Assembly (NCBI RefSeq): GCF_036321535.1
Contig: NC_087469.1
Location: 15,314,001 to 15,378,000, forward strand
From: Camelus dromedarius
Taxonomy: Eukaryota
Direction: 5' to 3'
DNA length: 64,000 nt
Part shown: positions 37,096-50,399 of the stretch, piece after piece
Numbering within the stretch: the stretch's first letter is position 1
Layout: every line of letters starts with the position of its first letter
Notes under the pieces: model-generated
Told to the model about the DNA's origin: nothing
Seen by the model: only the letters and a program-made list of their open reading frames with translations
Databases searched by the model: none
Program-made: the position numbers and the translations under genes

Positions 37096-37869
37096 CTCAG
37101 TAAGGGCAACAGGGCCCACGTGTTTAACTGACTTGAAAGTGAACAGCTTCTGTGTGCTAGAAAAAAATTAACTCAACCTACGAATGTGTAATTGCTTGAG
37201 ATTTCACCTCCTGGCCACACTTCCCTTCCTATGGAGTTATTAAAACCCACACAATATGGTCTAATAATTTATTAATAGTCAACATAAATAGATAACAGCT
37301 CACACAGCCATATAGCCATTGCAGGTTAAATAATGAGGCTGATTTAAAAGGCTCTTCACTGGAAAGGAGGAGGCATGGCTGTTCCGCTTTGGGATTACCG
37401 CTGGGATGGCAGATAAACCCTGTACTCCAGGCTTTCTTGACTGTTCAGCTGGCTACCTTGGTGGCACCGTTTTCTCACCTTTATTTGGAACGGGCAGAGT
37501 ACCAGCCATTCTCTGCTGAGCAGAGCAGGACATCCGACTTAATGGGAAGGGAACAAACCATTTCATCACGGACCAAGGTGAAAAACACCAGATTGCCGTT
37601 CAGTTTCTCTGAAAGGAGCTCAACAATAGCGCATCTTCTGTCTCACCATCAAAGTCCCTGCCATCAAGCCTACACATGTCTTTCTCGTGAAAGTTCCTTC
37701 ATCCCAGCACTTTGGGAAGTGAATGCATATGTCCAAACTCATTGCAGTCTAATGAGGGACTCCTTGGTCCTTCTGCCGTCCCAGACCTAATCTGCAGGTC
37801 CTGCCTCTGCCAGGTCATCACATTATCTTCCCTGAGGACCTCCTCTCTCCTCTTTGTAATTAAATGTAA

Positions 37870-38979
37870 AATTTAATAACAGATACTCGACAGCCAGATG
37901 GGAAAGACGAAGGAAAGAAAACTGTCTTTCTTTGTAGCTGATCCTATATATTAAAAATCCTAAGGCGTCTACAACAAAAATTATTAGAACTAATAAATGA
38001 ATTCAGCAAGGTCACAGGATATAAGGCCGAGATATAGAAATTAGTTTTATTTCTATATACTGGTGATAATCTAAATCCCAAACTAAGAAAACAACCCCAT
38101 GAGCAGTACATCAAAAATAATAAATGCTTAGGAATAAATTTAGCAAGAGGGAAAACTTTGCACACTGCCAACTAAAACACATTGCTGAGAGAAATTAAAA
38201 AAGTTTTAAATAGATGGACAAACATTCCATGTTCATGGATAGAAAGACTCAGAAATGTTAAATGGCAATTCTTCCCAAATGATCTTTAGATCTTACATAA
38301 TTCCTATCAAAATCTCAACAGGGTTTTTTTTTTTTTGCAATAATTGATAATCCAATACCAAGGTTTATACAGAAATGCAAGGAACGCAGAATAGCCCAAA
38401 TAATTTTGATAAAGAAAGAAGTTGGATGACTTAACATTTTCTGATTTTAAAACACTCTATAAAGCTACAGTAATCCCCACAGTGTGGTGCTGACGTAAGG
38501 GCAGACATGTAGATCAATGGAACAGAATGGAGAGTCTGGAACCAAACCCTTACACTTACGGTCAATTGATTTTTTTAAAAAGATGTCACAGCAATTCAAT
38601 GCGAGAATAGTCTTTGCAACAAATGGTGCTGGGACGGTTGGATAGTTACATGCAAAAACGTGATCATTTTCATGTGCTAAGTGAAGGAAGCCAGATGCAA
38701 AAGACCACATACTGTACAGTTCCGCCGTCCAGAAAAGGCAGATCTAGAGATAGAAAGGAGCTTAGTAATTGCCCAGAGCAGGGCGGGGGTGGGGCAGGGG
38801 ACAGTTCCGAGGGTTGTTTGCCAAGGGGCATGAGGGACCCTTTTAGGGAGATGGAATTATTCTAAAACTGGATTGTAGTAATGGTTGCACGACTGTGTAA
38901 ATTTACTAAAGATCATTCAATTGTGCATTTAATGAATTTTACAGTATGTAAATTAAACCTCAGTAAAGCTGTTAAAAAA
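37870..38979 (+). mobile_element. L1MB-type LINE-1 relic (ORF2 RT C-terminal part joined to 3' UTR)
   Basis: 37981-38025 translates to LLELINEFSKVTGYK, followed by KCLGINL and WTNIPCSWIERL (L1 ORF2 motifs). The 3' UTR has GCTAAGTGAAGGAAGCCAG...TGTAAATTAAACCTCAGTAAAGCTGTTAAAAAA. Confidence 0.92.
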
Positions 38980-40004
38980 CAGCAGATGCTTGTTACGGAC
39001 GTCATGAGGGTATACAAATTAGGGGGGCACCCATTAAGGGGACCACCTATGGTGAATTTAACATCACCCTATTACTGGAGAAAGAGTCTTTCAGGAGTCC
39101 CCCCTGCTGGTACTAGAAATCCCATGGATTTATCTAGGGCGTCCCCTCATAGTTAGATCAAGCAGAGACAATTGAAGCCACCAAGCCCCATTCAAACATC
39201 ATCTCACTGGCAGAGTGAAATAGGATAACCCCCAGCTTGGTCAGAAGGAGGGTATGACCTGCCCGCTAGCACTGTAACAACCACCGCCTCCCGAGCGCCT
39301 TCCATTGATCTCCGTGAGGGTTAAAAGGCCTGAACGATATAGTTATCTTACCAGTTGACTGGCCTCTGCTTTGTGGAAAGGCTGGGGTAAGGATAATAAC
39401 TTTCTTTTGTAAAGCACTTACAAAATGCTTTAACATACACTAGCTCATCTTTCTCTCAGCAGCGCTATTACGAGACGTGGCAAACACTGTTAGCTGGCTG
39501 GGCCGACCCTCATCCCAGTCGTGGTCAGGGACATGCGAGCATCAATTTGCTGGCTGGGCTACAGGGGAAGCTTTTGCTTTCCTGACACAAAGAGGTAGAT
39601 CTTCCGCGCCTTTTGCTTCCCCCTTCCCCGACGCTGTAAAGGGACAGCAGTTGTACCGAGACCACGAAGAGTGGAGCCAATAGAAAAGGTCTGGAAAACC
39701 CTGGAGAGCTGCTGAGGTGCTGGTCCTGATGAGGTTAAGCTATTGAACCATCTCTAGCATCATGTCCCTGGCAGGCTTGTTAAGTGAGATGAATGGATCC
39801 CTACTTGTTTAAGCCACTGTTTGTTGTTGCCAAACCTTTTGCTCTCTGGTAAAGTAGAAATTACTAGTCACTTCACAGATGTCAAAACTAAGGTTTTGAA
39901 AAACTGTGCAATTCATCCAAGGTCAAACTCCCAGCAAGTGGGAAAATAGTGACTTGTGTGCAGTTTCCTGCATCCAGTCATGTGACAGTGATAACAGTGA
40001 CAAG

Positions 40005-40225
40005 GACAAAAAACACCTACTGAGCATCGATTAGGTACCCAGCCTCTGACTCCAGGCACCTGACTTTTATTTTTTCTCTAATTCTTACAATTCTGCAAAC
40101 TCGGTATTATTATTGCCATTTTATAGATGAGCACACTGAGGCTAAGAAAGGTTAAGTAAATGGTGCAAGGTCACAGAGCTAGTAAGTGGTGGTGCCGGGA
40201 TGCTCAACTTGCATGTGTCTTGTTG
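40005..40225 (-). mobile_element. MIR SINE
   Basis: ATTATTATTGCCATTTTATAGATGAGCACACTGAGGCTAAGAAAGGTTAAGTAAATGGTGCAAGGTCACAGAGCTAGTAAGTGG. Confidence 0.88.
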
Positions 40226-42218
40226 GCTATGAGGGAGTTGAAGGGAATAAAGCGCATGCCCTGGGATAAAGTGACCAGTTGTTCTAGGTCTCTATTGATT
40301 ATATACTTGGAAACGGGTCTGGAAGGTTCCGAGTGGGATTCAGCTTAGCTAGCAAAACTCATAATGCTTGCAGGTGTGTTACAATATTCATACTTTACAC
40401 CGTACAATAAAGTCTTTCTCGACCCAGTTGTCTTTTCACTGTTTACTACCACCTTTGCACCTTAAAGTCCACCTTTTCCAGGAAACCCACACTAATTACA
40501 GGATGTAGAGGACAGTAAGGGACTTCTCCACTTCTTTCTGCTTCTTTCTAGAGAGAGGGGTAAAAACTGAAACACTGCTTTTCGGCAGCACCAGATGTAA
40601 GGACAGCTCCTGGAGCCTAGAAGCGGCAAAAGGAGACAAGAGGCCCCACGGAGGGTGAAGCCCAGCCCCGGGAGCCTGCCTGGGCAAACAGAGGCTTCAG
40701 TGAGAGGAGCCAGCTCCGGGAACAGACCGCACGCACCACCGAGGTGGTCACGACGGCTATTCCAGGTGTGACACAGGTACACAGGTACTTTGCAGCGTAC
40801 TTGAGCTGTCATGGGGCTTGATGTGCATGTCGGTTTGGAATTGGGAGAGGATGGTTAAAAAGCAGTTCAGAGGGACTCAGAGATGTTAATTGCTAACTGC
40901 TGTCTCCTCACAAGAAGTAATCTGCCCCTTCTGAGATGCGCTACCCCATCATTCATCTCCACCAGACCCGAATGGCTTGCTCAACCTTTAAGGGCTTAAT
41001 TAGTTTTTCTTTCTGGATTCCTGCCTCCCCAACAATGACTGAATAATTGACTCACTCAAACCAGGGGCATCCAGAATTGATGCCTTTGGAAGGGACCATG
41101 GAATCCTGGCCCAGGGAGAAGACAGGCCCCTGGGGGCAGCTCAGCAAGGGCTGGGACGGTGCCGTTGAGAGGGCACCCCATTTTCACAAGTTCCAGCACT
41201 AACCACCCAACTGCTGCCTCCTAGAGACGGGCCCTCTGACAGGCTGCGGGCATCTCTCGGATTTGCGAGATAAGACACAAGGAGAGCCGGACGTGGAGAA
41301 CCATGCTGTACCTCAGTGAGAAAAATATCCCTCCCTCCCTCCACACAGCCCTGGAACTTGCCCTCACTCCCCCCAGATGGTGCTGCTTCCCTTGCATGAC
41401 TGATTCAGCATTTCTGCTTTGCAGGAAACTGAGAATACAGCAAATCTTATCTCCATGAAAGCCATGAATCTTCCTGGCCAACTTATCATCCCATGTCCGT
41501 CAGAGATACATCTTCCCCCTCCAGGGTCACTCGGAGTGAGCCACAGCGTCACCCAAGGGCCTTGGGAAAATCATTAGGAGACACCCAGTAGAAAGAAGCA
41601 TCTGATTATGCCCCCGGGAGCTTCACCCGCTCTGACTTCTCACCCCCTCTGCTGCCCCACCCCCCAGTCTCCTGCCCCTTCAAGCTGGAAGCTCTGCCCA
41701 GAGTCCACCTCTAGGGATAAATGTGGACTCTTAGCTTATTGAACAGACCACCAAATGCCCACTCCTCTAGGACAAGAAGCAGTGTGGACCACAGGCAGGC
41801 AGAACCCCCCGGCCCTCCTACAAACCGCCTTCCCCCAAAAGGAGTATCGACCGTGAAACTAACCAGTGTTTTCCCCTCAAAAGCACCATAACTCATTTAA
41901 CATTGAGAGAACTTTTTTTAATCCTTTCTCCTAGATTAGAAAAACAATAGTTGTTTCTTTTGCCTCCTATTTCAGCAGGGTTCCAGATAATAAAAAGATT
42001 TATAATTAAGCCAGTAGATTTACTTTTGCTATGCCGCCCTAGATTATGAAAAAGTATAATTATGTGCAATTAAAAAATGAACAGTGTTTCTTCTCCGAGT
42101 GAAGCTTTAAAAGTCATTATGAATCCATTAGCTCAGCAGACCTTACAAATGGCCTTCACTACTCCGGACTTCATTTGAATTTACAACAGAGAGAAGTAAC
42201 TTTTCCCCACTTCTGCAC

Positions 42219-42255
42219 TGTGTATATATGTGTGTGTGCATGTGTGTGTGTGTGT
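42219..42255. repeat. Imperfect (TG)n microsatellite
   Basis: Directly visible. Confidence 0.8.
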
Positions 42256-42996
42256 TCACCCCCGTCTGCTACCAGAGTGTCCACACATTCATCTCTTATG
42301 TGCTCAGGTCATGTTCTCAGTGTTGAAGTTGCCGTATTTTTTAAGGCTCATAACACTTCTCTTTGGGAGCCTGCCAGCTGCAAAACTGAGGGATGACCTT
42401 AGACCTCTAATTTATCCTGTTCCCCCATCTTTCCTCCTACAGGCAGTAATTCAGCCCTTAAATGTCAACAGCACCAAATGAGGCCATGATGGTCCTGCAG
42501 CCTTTGGGACTGTGCTCTGGTTCCCTCCTCTCCTCCAGCTCCATCGGCCAGAGTTGTCCCAGCGAATCCACTTATGGCCAGGTTACTGTGGAGTTTATCA
42601 GTTGCCTCACTTATCCAGATAATTGCCTAGTGTGATAGAAGCTTTATCTGCTGACTACCAGGACTGTGCCTACAGGAGAATCGATCTAGATAATCCGGAC
42701 ACCATTCATGATTTTATTTCAATTGAGCCTTTATGTTTGACAAGAAGTTGTAATTATTGAAAATTTCATCTGCATTCAAATAATGGCTCATGCCCATAAG
42801 TCCTTTCTCTCTTATTTCTCAGCACCTGAATCACTCTCAGCGTCATTCTTAGCCACGGCCCAGGAGTTACAGTTAAAACAAAAACAAAAACGTCCCCAGG
42901 CCCCACACCACCTTCTTTCATTTAACCGGCCATCTCTGTCACTTGATTTCTCCAGCTCCCAGAAACTGTGTTTCTGCCCAGTGACATTAGAGCCCT

Positions 42997-43192
42997 CAGT
43001 GGTGGGTCCAAGTCTGGCCAATAATCAGAATTACCTGGGAAGCAATTTTTACAAATATAGATGCATCATAACCTAGACTTACTGAATCAGAAGTTCTAGG
43101 AGAAGAGGTTAGGAATCTACCTTTAATTTACTCTCCAAGGGACTCCTGGCAGCCAGCCCAGCGCGGGACATAAACCGGCATTTAAACCACTC
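42997..43192 (+). mobile_element. MER5-family hAT MITE
   Basis: CAGTGG start, ATCAGAATTACCTGGGA, AGACTTACTGAATCAGAAGTTCTAGG, and an AAACCACT end. Confidence 0.65.
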
Positions 43193-43629
43193 CAGCCCAG
43201 AGCACGGGCTAGGCACGCCTGGGTGGGTTAGACAGAAGGCTTCATCTCTGGTCATTTCCCCACTCTTTCCTCGTCATCCTTTTTCAGTCTTCAGGGACAA
43301 GCCTGCCTGGATGAACAAGGGTCCCAGAGCCAGACACCTCCAACTCTGCAGCCTTCCCCAAGTGGGCTGGGTGGAGGCAGCTACCCCCATGTCGGGTGGT
43401 GCTCCCCCAGGGAAGGTGGCGGGCTCCCCAGCTGTCTGTCTCAGTTCAGCTGTAACTTCTCAACGGACACAAGCATTCCCCTTGGTGGTTTTCCAATTTT
43501 TAGATGGTTGAGTTCCGTCAGGCACTTAATTCCCCACAAGCCATCAACAAGTTACTTAACAATTAAAATCCTGCAATGCTCCACACTGACAGACGACGAG
43601 ACAAGGAGTTTGCCAAAGCGAAATGAACA

Positions 43630-44045
43630 AAGGGCTAGAATTCAGCAGAACTAGCCTCTCATACAAGCCTCGCCAGTTTCCAGGGCTTCAGCCTTACAGA
43701 AGTCTCTCCAGGCTTCATTGTTTTTCACCAGAGATATGAAAAGTGCTGGGCCAGATGATACCTAAATTCTCTTCTGGCTCAAGCACTCTGTAGTACGGCA
43801 TACGGCAAGGGAGCTCCGTGCGTGTTCTTCCAATGATTAATACGTTTACACTCTCCATCACCTAAGAGCTTTATAACTGTAATCAAGTTATTAATCTGTT
43901 TGAGACATAGTTTACTCATTAATAAAAATGGAGTAATGGCATTATCGAGCGAAGAGCTGAGAAAGCATTAAATGATACAAGCATCCAACACCCATGCTGC
44001 CGTGCCTGGCACGTGGAAACACTGAGCGCATGTTACGCGGTATTA
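43630..44045 (+). mobile_element. Two adjacent MIR fragments
   Basis: GGCCAGATGATACCTAAATTCTCTTCTGGCTC (MIRc-like) and TTTACTCATTAATAAAAATGGAGTAATG...GTGCCTGGCACGTGG. Confidence 0.55.
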
Positions 44046-46964
44046 CCTCCTCCTCCTCATCACCATTTTCACAGAATAGGGTTCCAAAGGGCTCAGTTCA
44101 CACTGGCCACTGTGTCACCCTGCCAACTGATCTCAAGAACCTGGCAACAAAGAATCAGGGCACAACCTTAACCTTGAACTCAGAAAACAGGGGCTTACTC
44201 ATCCCATAAAAGCCCAGGTCCCACACCCTTCCCTGCTCTCCCAGCTGGAGAGGGTCACTCAAGTACCATGGAGTGGCCGCGAGGCAGGGACAGTGACCTG
44301 CATTCATCCTGGGAGTCGTGTGGCCTGTGCTGGAGGGTGTTTTGTATATTGTTTTAATGAATGGGGTCCTTCAGTGGAAGGCAGGCTCAGACGTCTCCCC
44401 CGGCTCCCTCGGTGTGGCCACTCCAAGAGCAGGGACTCTCCCTGGGGGCTCTCCTTTAGACCCCCGGGCTTGCAGGGGGGCAGCCTCCTCCTCCAGGCTT
44501 GCTGCTTTCGCGCAGCCTCATCTTCCTTCTCTATCTCCGAGCATCGCAAAGCCAAGTTGTTTGTAAAGTCCCCTCACCCAGAGGCACTGTTACACGGCTC
44601 CACTCATCAGCATGCAGGCAGTAAGGCAGGCAGGAGCTCCGGTCTGTCATATTAAGGAGGCTATATTGCTGTGGAGGGGAACATTAAAAGATTTTATTCT
44701 GAGATATTCCTCCAACCTCCCACCTCCTGCAGACAGAGTCTCCTGGGACCAGCCTGCTCTGGCATTCTCATTTGCACAGATTCCTGATAAATGTTCCATC
44801 AGTGTCATAGGCCCTGGTGCGGCTCCACTGGGCCTCTCCCTGGGGGTCTCGGGGTTGGCTCTTGAGATGGCTTTGGGCCTTGAGCAGCCCCCATGGTAAG
44901 ACATTCATCTTCATCCCTTCCCTCCCCTCGCTTACAGTGAAAGCCGTGTCCGGGGAGGGAGGGATGGAGATTCCATCTCTGCCACAGAGCACCTCACTCC
45001 TGCGTCTCATCTCAGCTCTTCTCTGCCCTTCTCGGCACAATCTGATATCATTATCCCCCACTGCATCAAAAGAAGCCCTTTACAGATTGTACTGTACACA
45101 CAGACCTGCCTAGACGGGGCTGACGTGGCCTCTTTGGAGCCTGCAGGCACATTCACACAGCGCCACGGGTAAGGGCAAGCTCAGGACGAGATTAAATCAC
45201 AGACCAAAAGATAAATGAAGTCACACATAAATATTGAATCCATTTCTGAGCATAAGTGCCATGTCGGGTGGAAGGTTGGGAGCTGGGCACGACCACAGGG
45301 TCAGTGGGACCAGAATGAGTGATGTGAGGGGTCAAGGGCAGGCATTTCCTCTAAGGGAAGAATTCAAGAGCAAATTTCCATTAAGTAAAAGGAAGGCGTC
45401 CTTGTCCCCTACGTCCTCTTAGTTTCACTAACATCTGGTGGGGATGGGTGAGAACAAGGTGAGGAAATGGCCAGTCTCAAGATTTGGGGGCTACACTGTT
45501 ACTGAATTCAGGCTGAGTGGGGACTTCTTAATTTGCATCTCAGGTGTCAGGCCAGGGCTCACCATGAGGAAAGAGTCCTGCTCCAGGTTGGCAGGGGAAG
45601 GTGAGAAGATGAATCCATTTTTCCCAGGGGACAGAGCTCCTTTGCACCTGAAAACTTCCAGAGGAGGCAGGGCTCAACGTGGCCCCACAGGAGACAAGGC
45701 ATGACTGAGGCCACATGCTGAGACCTGAGAGGGGAAGCATGGGGGGTGCCCTGCTCCCCGCCACCCCCTCCGACACCTGCGGGCTTGGGGAGGGCACACC
45801 AGCCTCTGGGGCTCCTCTGCATCCAGGCTGGAGCTGGGTTGGAGGGAGAATTGAACTCCCTTCTCCACGGCTCCCGGAGCTGCTAATTCATAGTTGCATT
45901 AGCTTTCATTTGGCTAACAGCATGGGGGATTGTCAGCTATCGGCTCCAACCAAATTTAATCTACAGGCTGTTCTCTGCCCTCTTTCCACTTGCCTTTTAT
46001 CCAAGACACTGATGAAGAGGTTGATCCGATTGGTTTACCTGAGTCCGACCTGGGTTGAACAGCTCCGGCCCTCCACGCAGCCACCTCCCCGCTGTCCACT
46101 CCAATCAAGATCCGGGGCCCTCGCAACTCTCTCTGCTCCAAAACAAATTAAATCTCACTGACAGACTCTATCTGCCGAGTTCTCCATTATGCTTCGCTTT
46201 TGGTTTGCTTTCCCGATGGTAAAACTGCTTTGACGTGTTCATAGATTCTCGGGGCCTTCCCCTCTGCAGCCCCCACCCCCAGCTCGCCGCTGGCCAGGGT
46301 GATTTTGGTGATGACAAAACCGCCAAGATCCTTCTCGGGCATCCCAGAGTCTGCAGCTCTTCTGCCACAAGTGTGGGTGTGACAGCTGTGTCCAGGGCAC
46401 CAGGACACCTCTGCTCGTCTCCTGGAGGCACTGAGGAGCCATTCCTACGCCTTCTTTCCTCACCTTCCTTCCAGCCAGCACTGCCATCATCCTGCTGAAA
46501 GAAGTCATTCTTCCTGGGTCTCCACTCCCTAGAAGAATACGGCTTGCAGCCTTTCAATATCATTTTAATCTGTATTTGTAATTTAGCAGATCTTTAGAGA
46601 TGTTCCCTGGGGCTGTGGGGAAACAGATCTCGGGTTCCTCTGGTGCCTTCAGGGGAAGACACTCACCTGCCTCCACCCTCCGAGCAGCATTAGATTCACA
46701 ATAGATGCTCCCTTCCCCCACTGGGCTGTATGTCAGTCTTCCTACCTCCTTTGGGCAGTTGGAAAAGAGAAGGGAAATCCCAGGCAGGCCACCCTCCTGA
46801 TGGCGACAACAATAAGCGTGTTGATGACTACAAATTCTGCATTTTATAGTGCTTTATTGAGAGTTGCTTTATTGGAATTAATGATTGCAATGATACTGGT
46901 TATATTCATCACTTGTGGTCCATTAAGGTCCCTTTTAGCTCTAAAGTTCTATTCATTCAGGGAG

Positions 46965-47050
46965 TCATTCATTCATTCATCAAACACATATTGAGTACTT
47001 GTCATGTGTCAGGCCTTTTGCTAAGAGTCCCCGGGATTGAAGTCCTGAGG
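46965..47050 (-). mobile_element. L2 3' tail (antisense)
   Basis: CATTCATTCATTCATCAAACACATATTGAGTACTTGTCATGTGTCAGGCC. Confidence 0.75.
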
Positions 47051-47664
47051 GAACGGGATGGAGTAAACCTGGCTGGAAGAGGAAATGAGACCAAATGCTT
47101 CTTGGATGCAGGTGCTCACACCCCGTCTCACTTCTCATCCCCCGTAGTCACCATCTTCTCTTCCCTGGTCCCTGCTTCTAGGCGAATCCCCTTTGATCAA
47201 CCCAGCACATCAGCCAGAAAGAGCAGGGATGCGCCCTCCAAGGAGAACTGCCGCTTTCTCCCCAGACGGCACTGACCCCTGGCACTCTGCATCCGCCCTT
47301 CCCACAACGCGTGCTGACAGCTGCTAGACGGCGGCCTCTCCAAACCTCAGATCCTGGGTGGGTGCTTTAGAAATGTAGATCGAGTCAGGAAGCCTAACCA
47401 GAACCGCCAAGCATTCTGACCCGGAACCCAGGAACCCTGAGGCCTCGAACGGGGGCGCAAACCCTCATTGTGAGGACAAAAACCCAGAGTTTAGACTCAA
47501 GTTGCATTTCTTCCCCTGAAATGATGGTGAAGCCCCTGAAACTGCAAAATGAAGTCACATCTCAGGCAGTGGCCTCCAGGCTCTGCAACTGGCCAGCCAC
47601 CCGTGTCCCATGGGCGGGAGGACCTGGTTGACGTGACAAGCTACCACGCCGGGAGCTGCAAGGC

Positions 47665-48170
47665 CTGGGCTGTAAGTCTGGTTTGGTCCTCATGCACTGG
47701 GTCACCCAGCCCAAACCAACTAACCGCTCTGGGCCTCAGCTTCCTCGTGAATGCAATGCTGTTCTGCTTTAGTTATTGATAAATGGTCAGACAAGGAGTT
47801 ACAGGCCATGCGCATATAATCTACAGGTTAGACTGGATGTTCAGTAGGGTGAACTTCCACCATAAAATTCTACAGACTGTTTGATTCACTTACTGAACAT
47901 ATCTTGGGAACACACTGTATGCCAGTCACTATGAAAAGAGCTCACAAAGCAACAGGAAGAACATCACTTAGATACTAAGATTCAGTGGCTACAGAGAATC
48001 AAACGCTTGGCTATCTCACTTACTCCTAGACGCAACAACAATTATTGTTACTATTAATGTCCTAGTTGTTACGTACCAGGCAATACGTTGAATGTTCTAT
48101 ATGGGGTTTTGCAATTTATCTGGACAAAACAACCACATTGGGTAGACGGGTCCACACATTGTGCATCCAC
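47665..48170. mobile_element. Cluster of short MIR/L2 fragments
   Basis: CTCTGGGCCTCAGCTTCCTC (MIR +), ATTCACTTACTGAACATAT (L2 -) and ATTATTGTTACTATT...GTACCAGGCA (MIR -). Confidence 0.45.
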
Positions 48171-49199
48171 AATGTCTACTGTGTGACTAGGGCGTGACAG
48201 GCCTTGCATCTCGAGGGGTTACATGACATCCTGGCCACAAGGCTAACAACTGGCAGGAAGAATCGGAAATCCTGCCTTCCAGGCTCGGCAGCCCAGGTTC
48301 CTAACTGCCAACCACCCTTCCTCCCCCACGTTGGGCTGGCGATCTTCACAACGTCCACCAAAGCCAGTGCTGTCGGAGTCAGTAGCTCACCGGCTCCTCT
48401 GGTCCTTTTCCCACCCCGCGTCCCCGCGCGTGAGCTCACCTTCCCCTCCGCCGTCCTCTGCCCATGAAATACCCACTTTGTATTCTCCCCGCTTCACTGG
48501 TTCTCATTTTCAATTGCCAGCTGAACACTGCTATTTTCTTCTTGTCCTCCACTCTCTGCTCCCTCCTTCACCTCTCCTGTAACTCTGTAAAATATCTGTG
48601 AATTGACTAAACTGGAGGACTCTACCATGGGCTAACTCTAGGAGCACAAACTGTGAACTTTGAAAACAGTAGCTGCACGTAAGAGAACCCAGAGCCGAAG
48701 CAGAGCCAGGGGTTCCGGGACGGCTTCCACGGAAGCTGGAGGTGTGGGCGTCTCGGCAGGTGTCGACCCTGGGTGGCCTCTTTCTCTCTTGCAACCGCAC
48801 CTGACTGGACAGTGTAGTGAGAAGGGAAAGCATGGAGAGGAGCTGAGCTGAGTTAAACAGGCACGCAGTACACACCACACCTCTGAAAGATGAAGCGCTC
48901 AGGGCCAGGTTCTCATGTACCACGTGGGAGACACATGGCAGCCGATGGAGAAGTGGGAGTCTGTGGACTGGGATGCCGTGGCCACTACGTTACCTAAGGA
49001 AACCTGGAAATGTAATCTCATGAGGCACAGCGTCACCTTAGCGAGTTCTCCAAAACAACGACCAGCTCCTTCTGACAAACCTGACATCAGTGGTCTCTCT
49101 GATCCCAGCCTACATGGGTGACTCTTAGAAGCTCTGTGGTCATTTAAGCTGTCAGGAAACACAGTGCTTGAGCAGAAGTGAACCAGCCCTCACTCACCA

Positions 49200-49610
49200 C
49201 GAGGCTGTGAAATGCTGTTTGATAAAACATGGCATCGGGTTCCACATGTAATTGATACTCCTGAAACCAACATAATATTTATAAATCAACTCTACTTCAA
49301 TTCAAAAAAAAAAATGGCGCCAGGCTCTTCAGGAATTAACTCAGAAATCCCACCTGCGGCCTAACCCCAAAACTCCAATACCACTCATTATTTCCTAAGA
49401 GGTGTTAAATATGAATTGTTCATTAAAACACATATTATTGGATGTTTAACTACCGTGTAATTGATTTTCTATCCATTGCCTAGTGGTTAACCCTCAATAA
49501 ATGCTTTCTGTAATCAACTTAAAGTATAATACCTACCACGCTTGGTATCTTTCCTCCTTTCATTTAATAAGAAACCAATTCTGTATGATTGAAAGTGTTC
49601 TTGATTGTAA
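49200..49610. promoter_or_regulatory. Candidate conserved non-coding element
   Basis: Repeat-free AT-rich block with ATAAATCA (49281), AAAATGGCG (49311) and several TAATT motifs. Confidence 0.35.
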
Positions 49611-50399
49611 AAAAAAAAAAAAAGGTCAAGTTTCAAGAACAGCATAAGACTCCCTGGAATGAAGCTGTCCCCTGTGTAGGAGGAGTTCAGTGCGGCTGGG
49701 AGCTCAGGGGGACCTGGATCTGGCTCTAATCACTGAGCTGTTAGCTCAGGTCCAGGACAGTCACAGGCTACGTGCACAGCTGGAAAGTCAGCAGAGTCAT
49801 GCTAGGACCTCCAAGGAGGAGCCCTGGTTCACAGTCCAGTGTCCAGACAGACGGCGGCGCAGCTCTTCCCTAGGGGCGACAGGTCCAGGAAACAAGGAGG
49901 AGCTTTTGGCTTCTCAAAGAATATCAAAAACAATTAAACATTAAAAAGACTCATGGGATTCCATTTTCCTTCTTCAGAGCTTTGCCCAATGCTGTTTTTC
50001 TCTTTCTTCAAAGCCCTCCTAAAAAGTCCCGTCTCCCGAGGGTGCCTGTCTTGATAGGATGGGAGTAACAGGTAACTGACCCCACTCATGGGGTAAGCAA
50101 ACTGGGGGGAAAGCTTTGTTCAGCCCCAGGGAGGTAGAGAGCTGGGGGCAGGCAGAGCAATTCAGAAGCCAGCACCAGGGTGTGAGGGAGGAGACTTCAC
50201 TAGCTGGTCCGCACAAACTCTAACGTGTTCACAGAATCCCCAACCCTTCCGGCCTCCAAAACCTGCTCACGTGCACACACGTACCAGAAACACTGCAGAG
50301 CTGAGTGAGTGATGAATGAAACAACACATGCAAAGCTCTCAGGAAAGGCACAGACTGAGTGCTGAAAATATTAGGTATTACTGGTTTTCTGTAATAATA

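Noticed and set aside
38781-38800. G-quadruplex motif GGGCGGGGGTGGGGCAGGGG
   Set aside because: It is the ordinary G-rich tract of an L1 3' UTR, so already explained.
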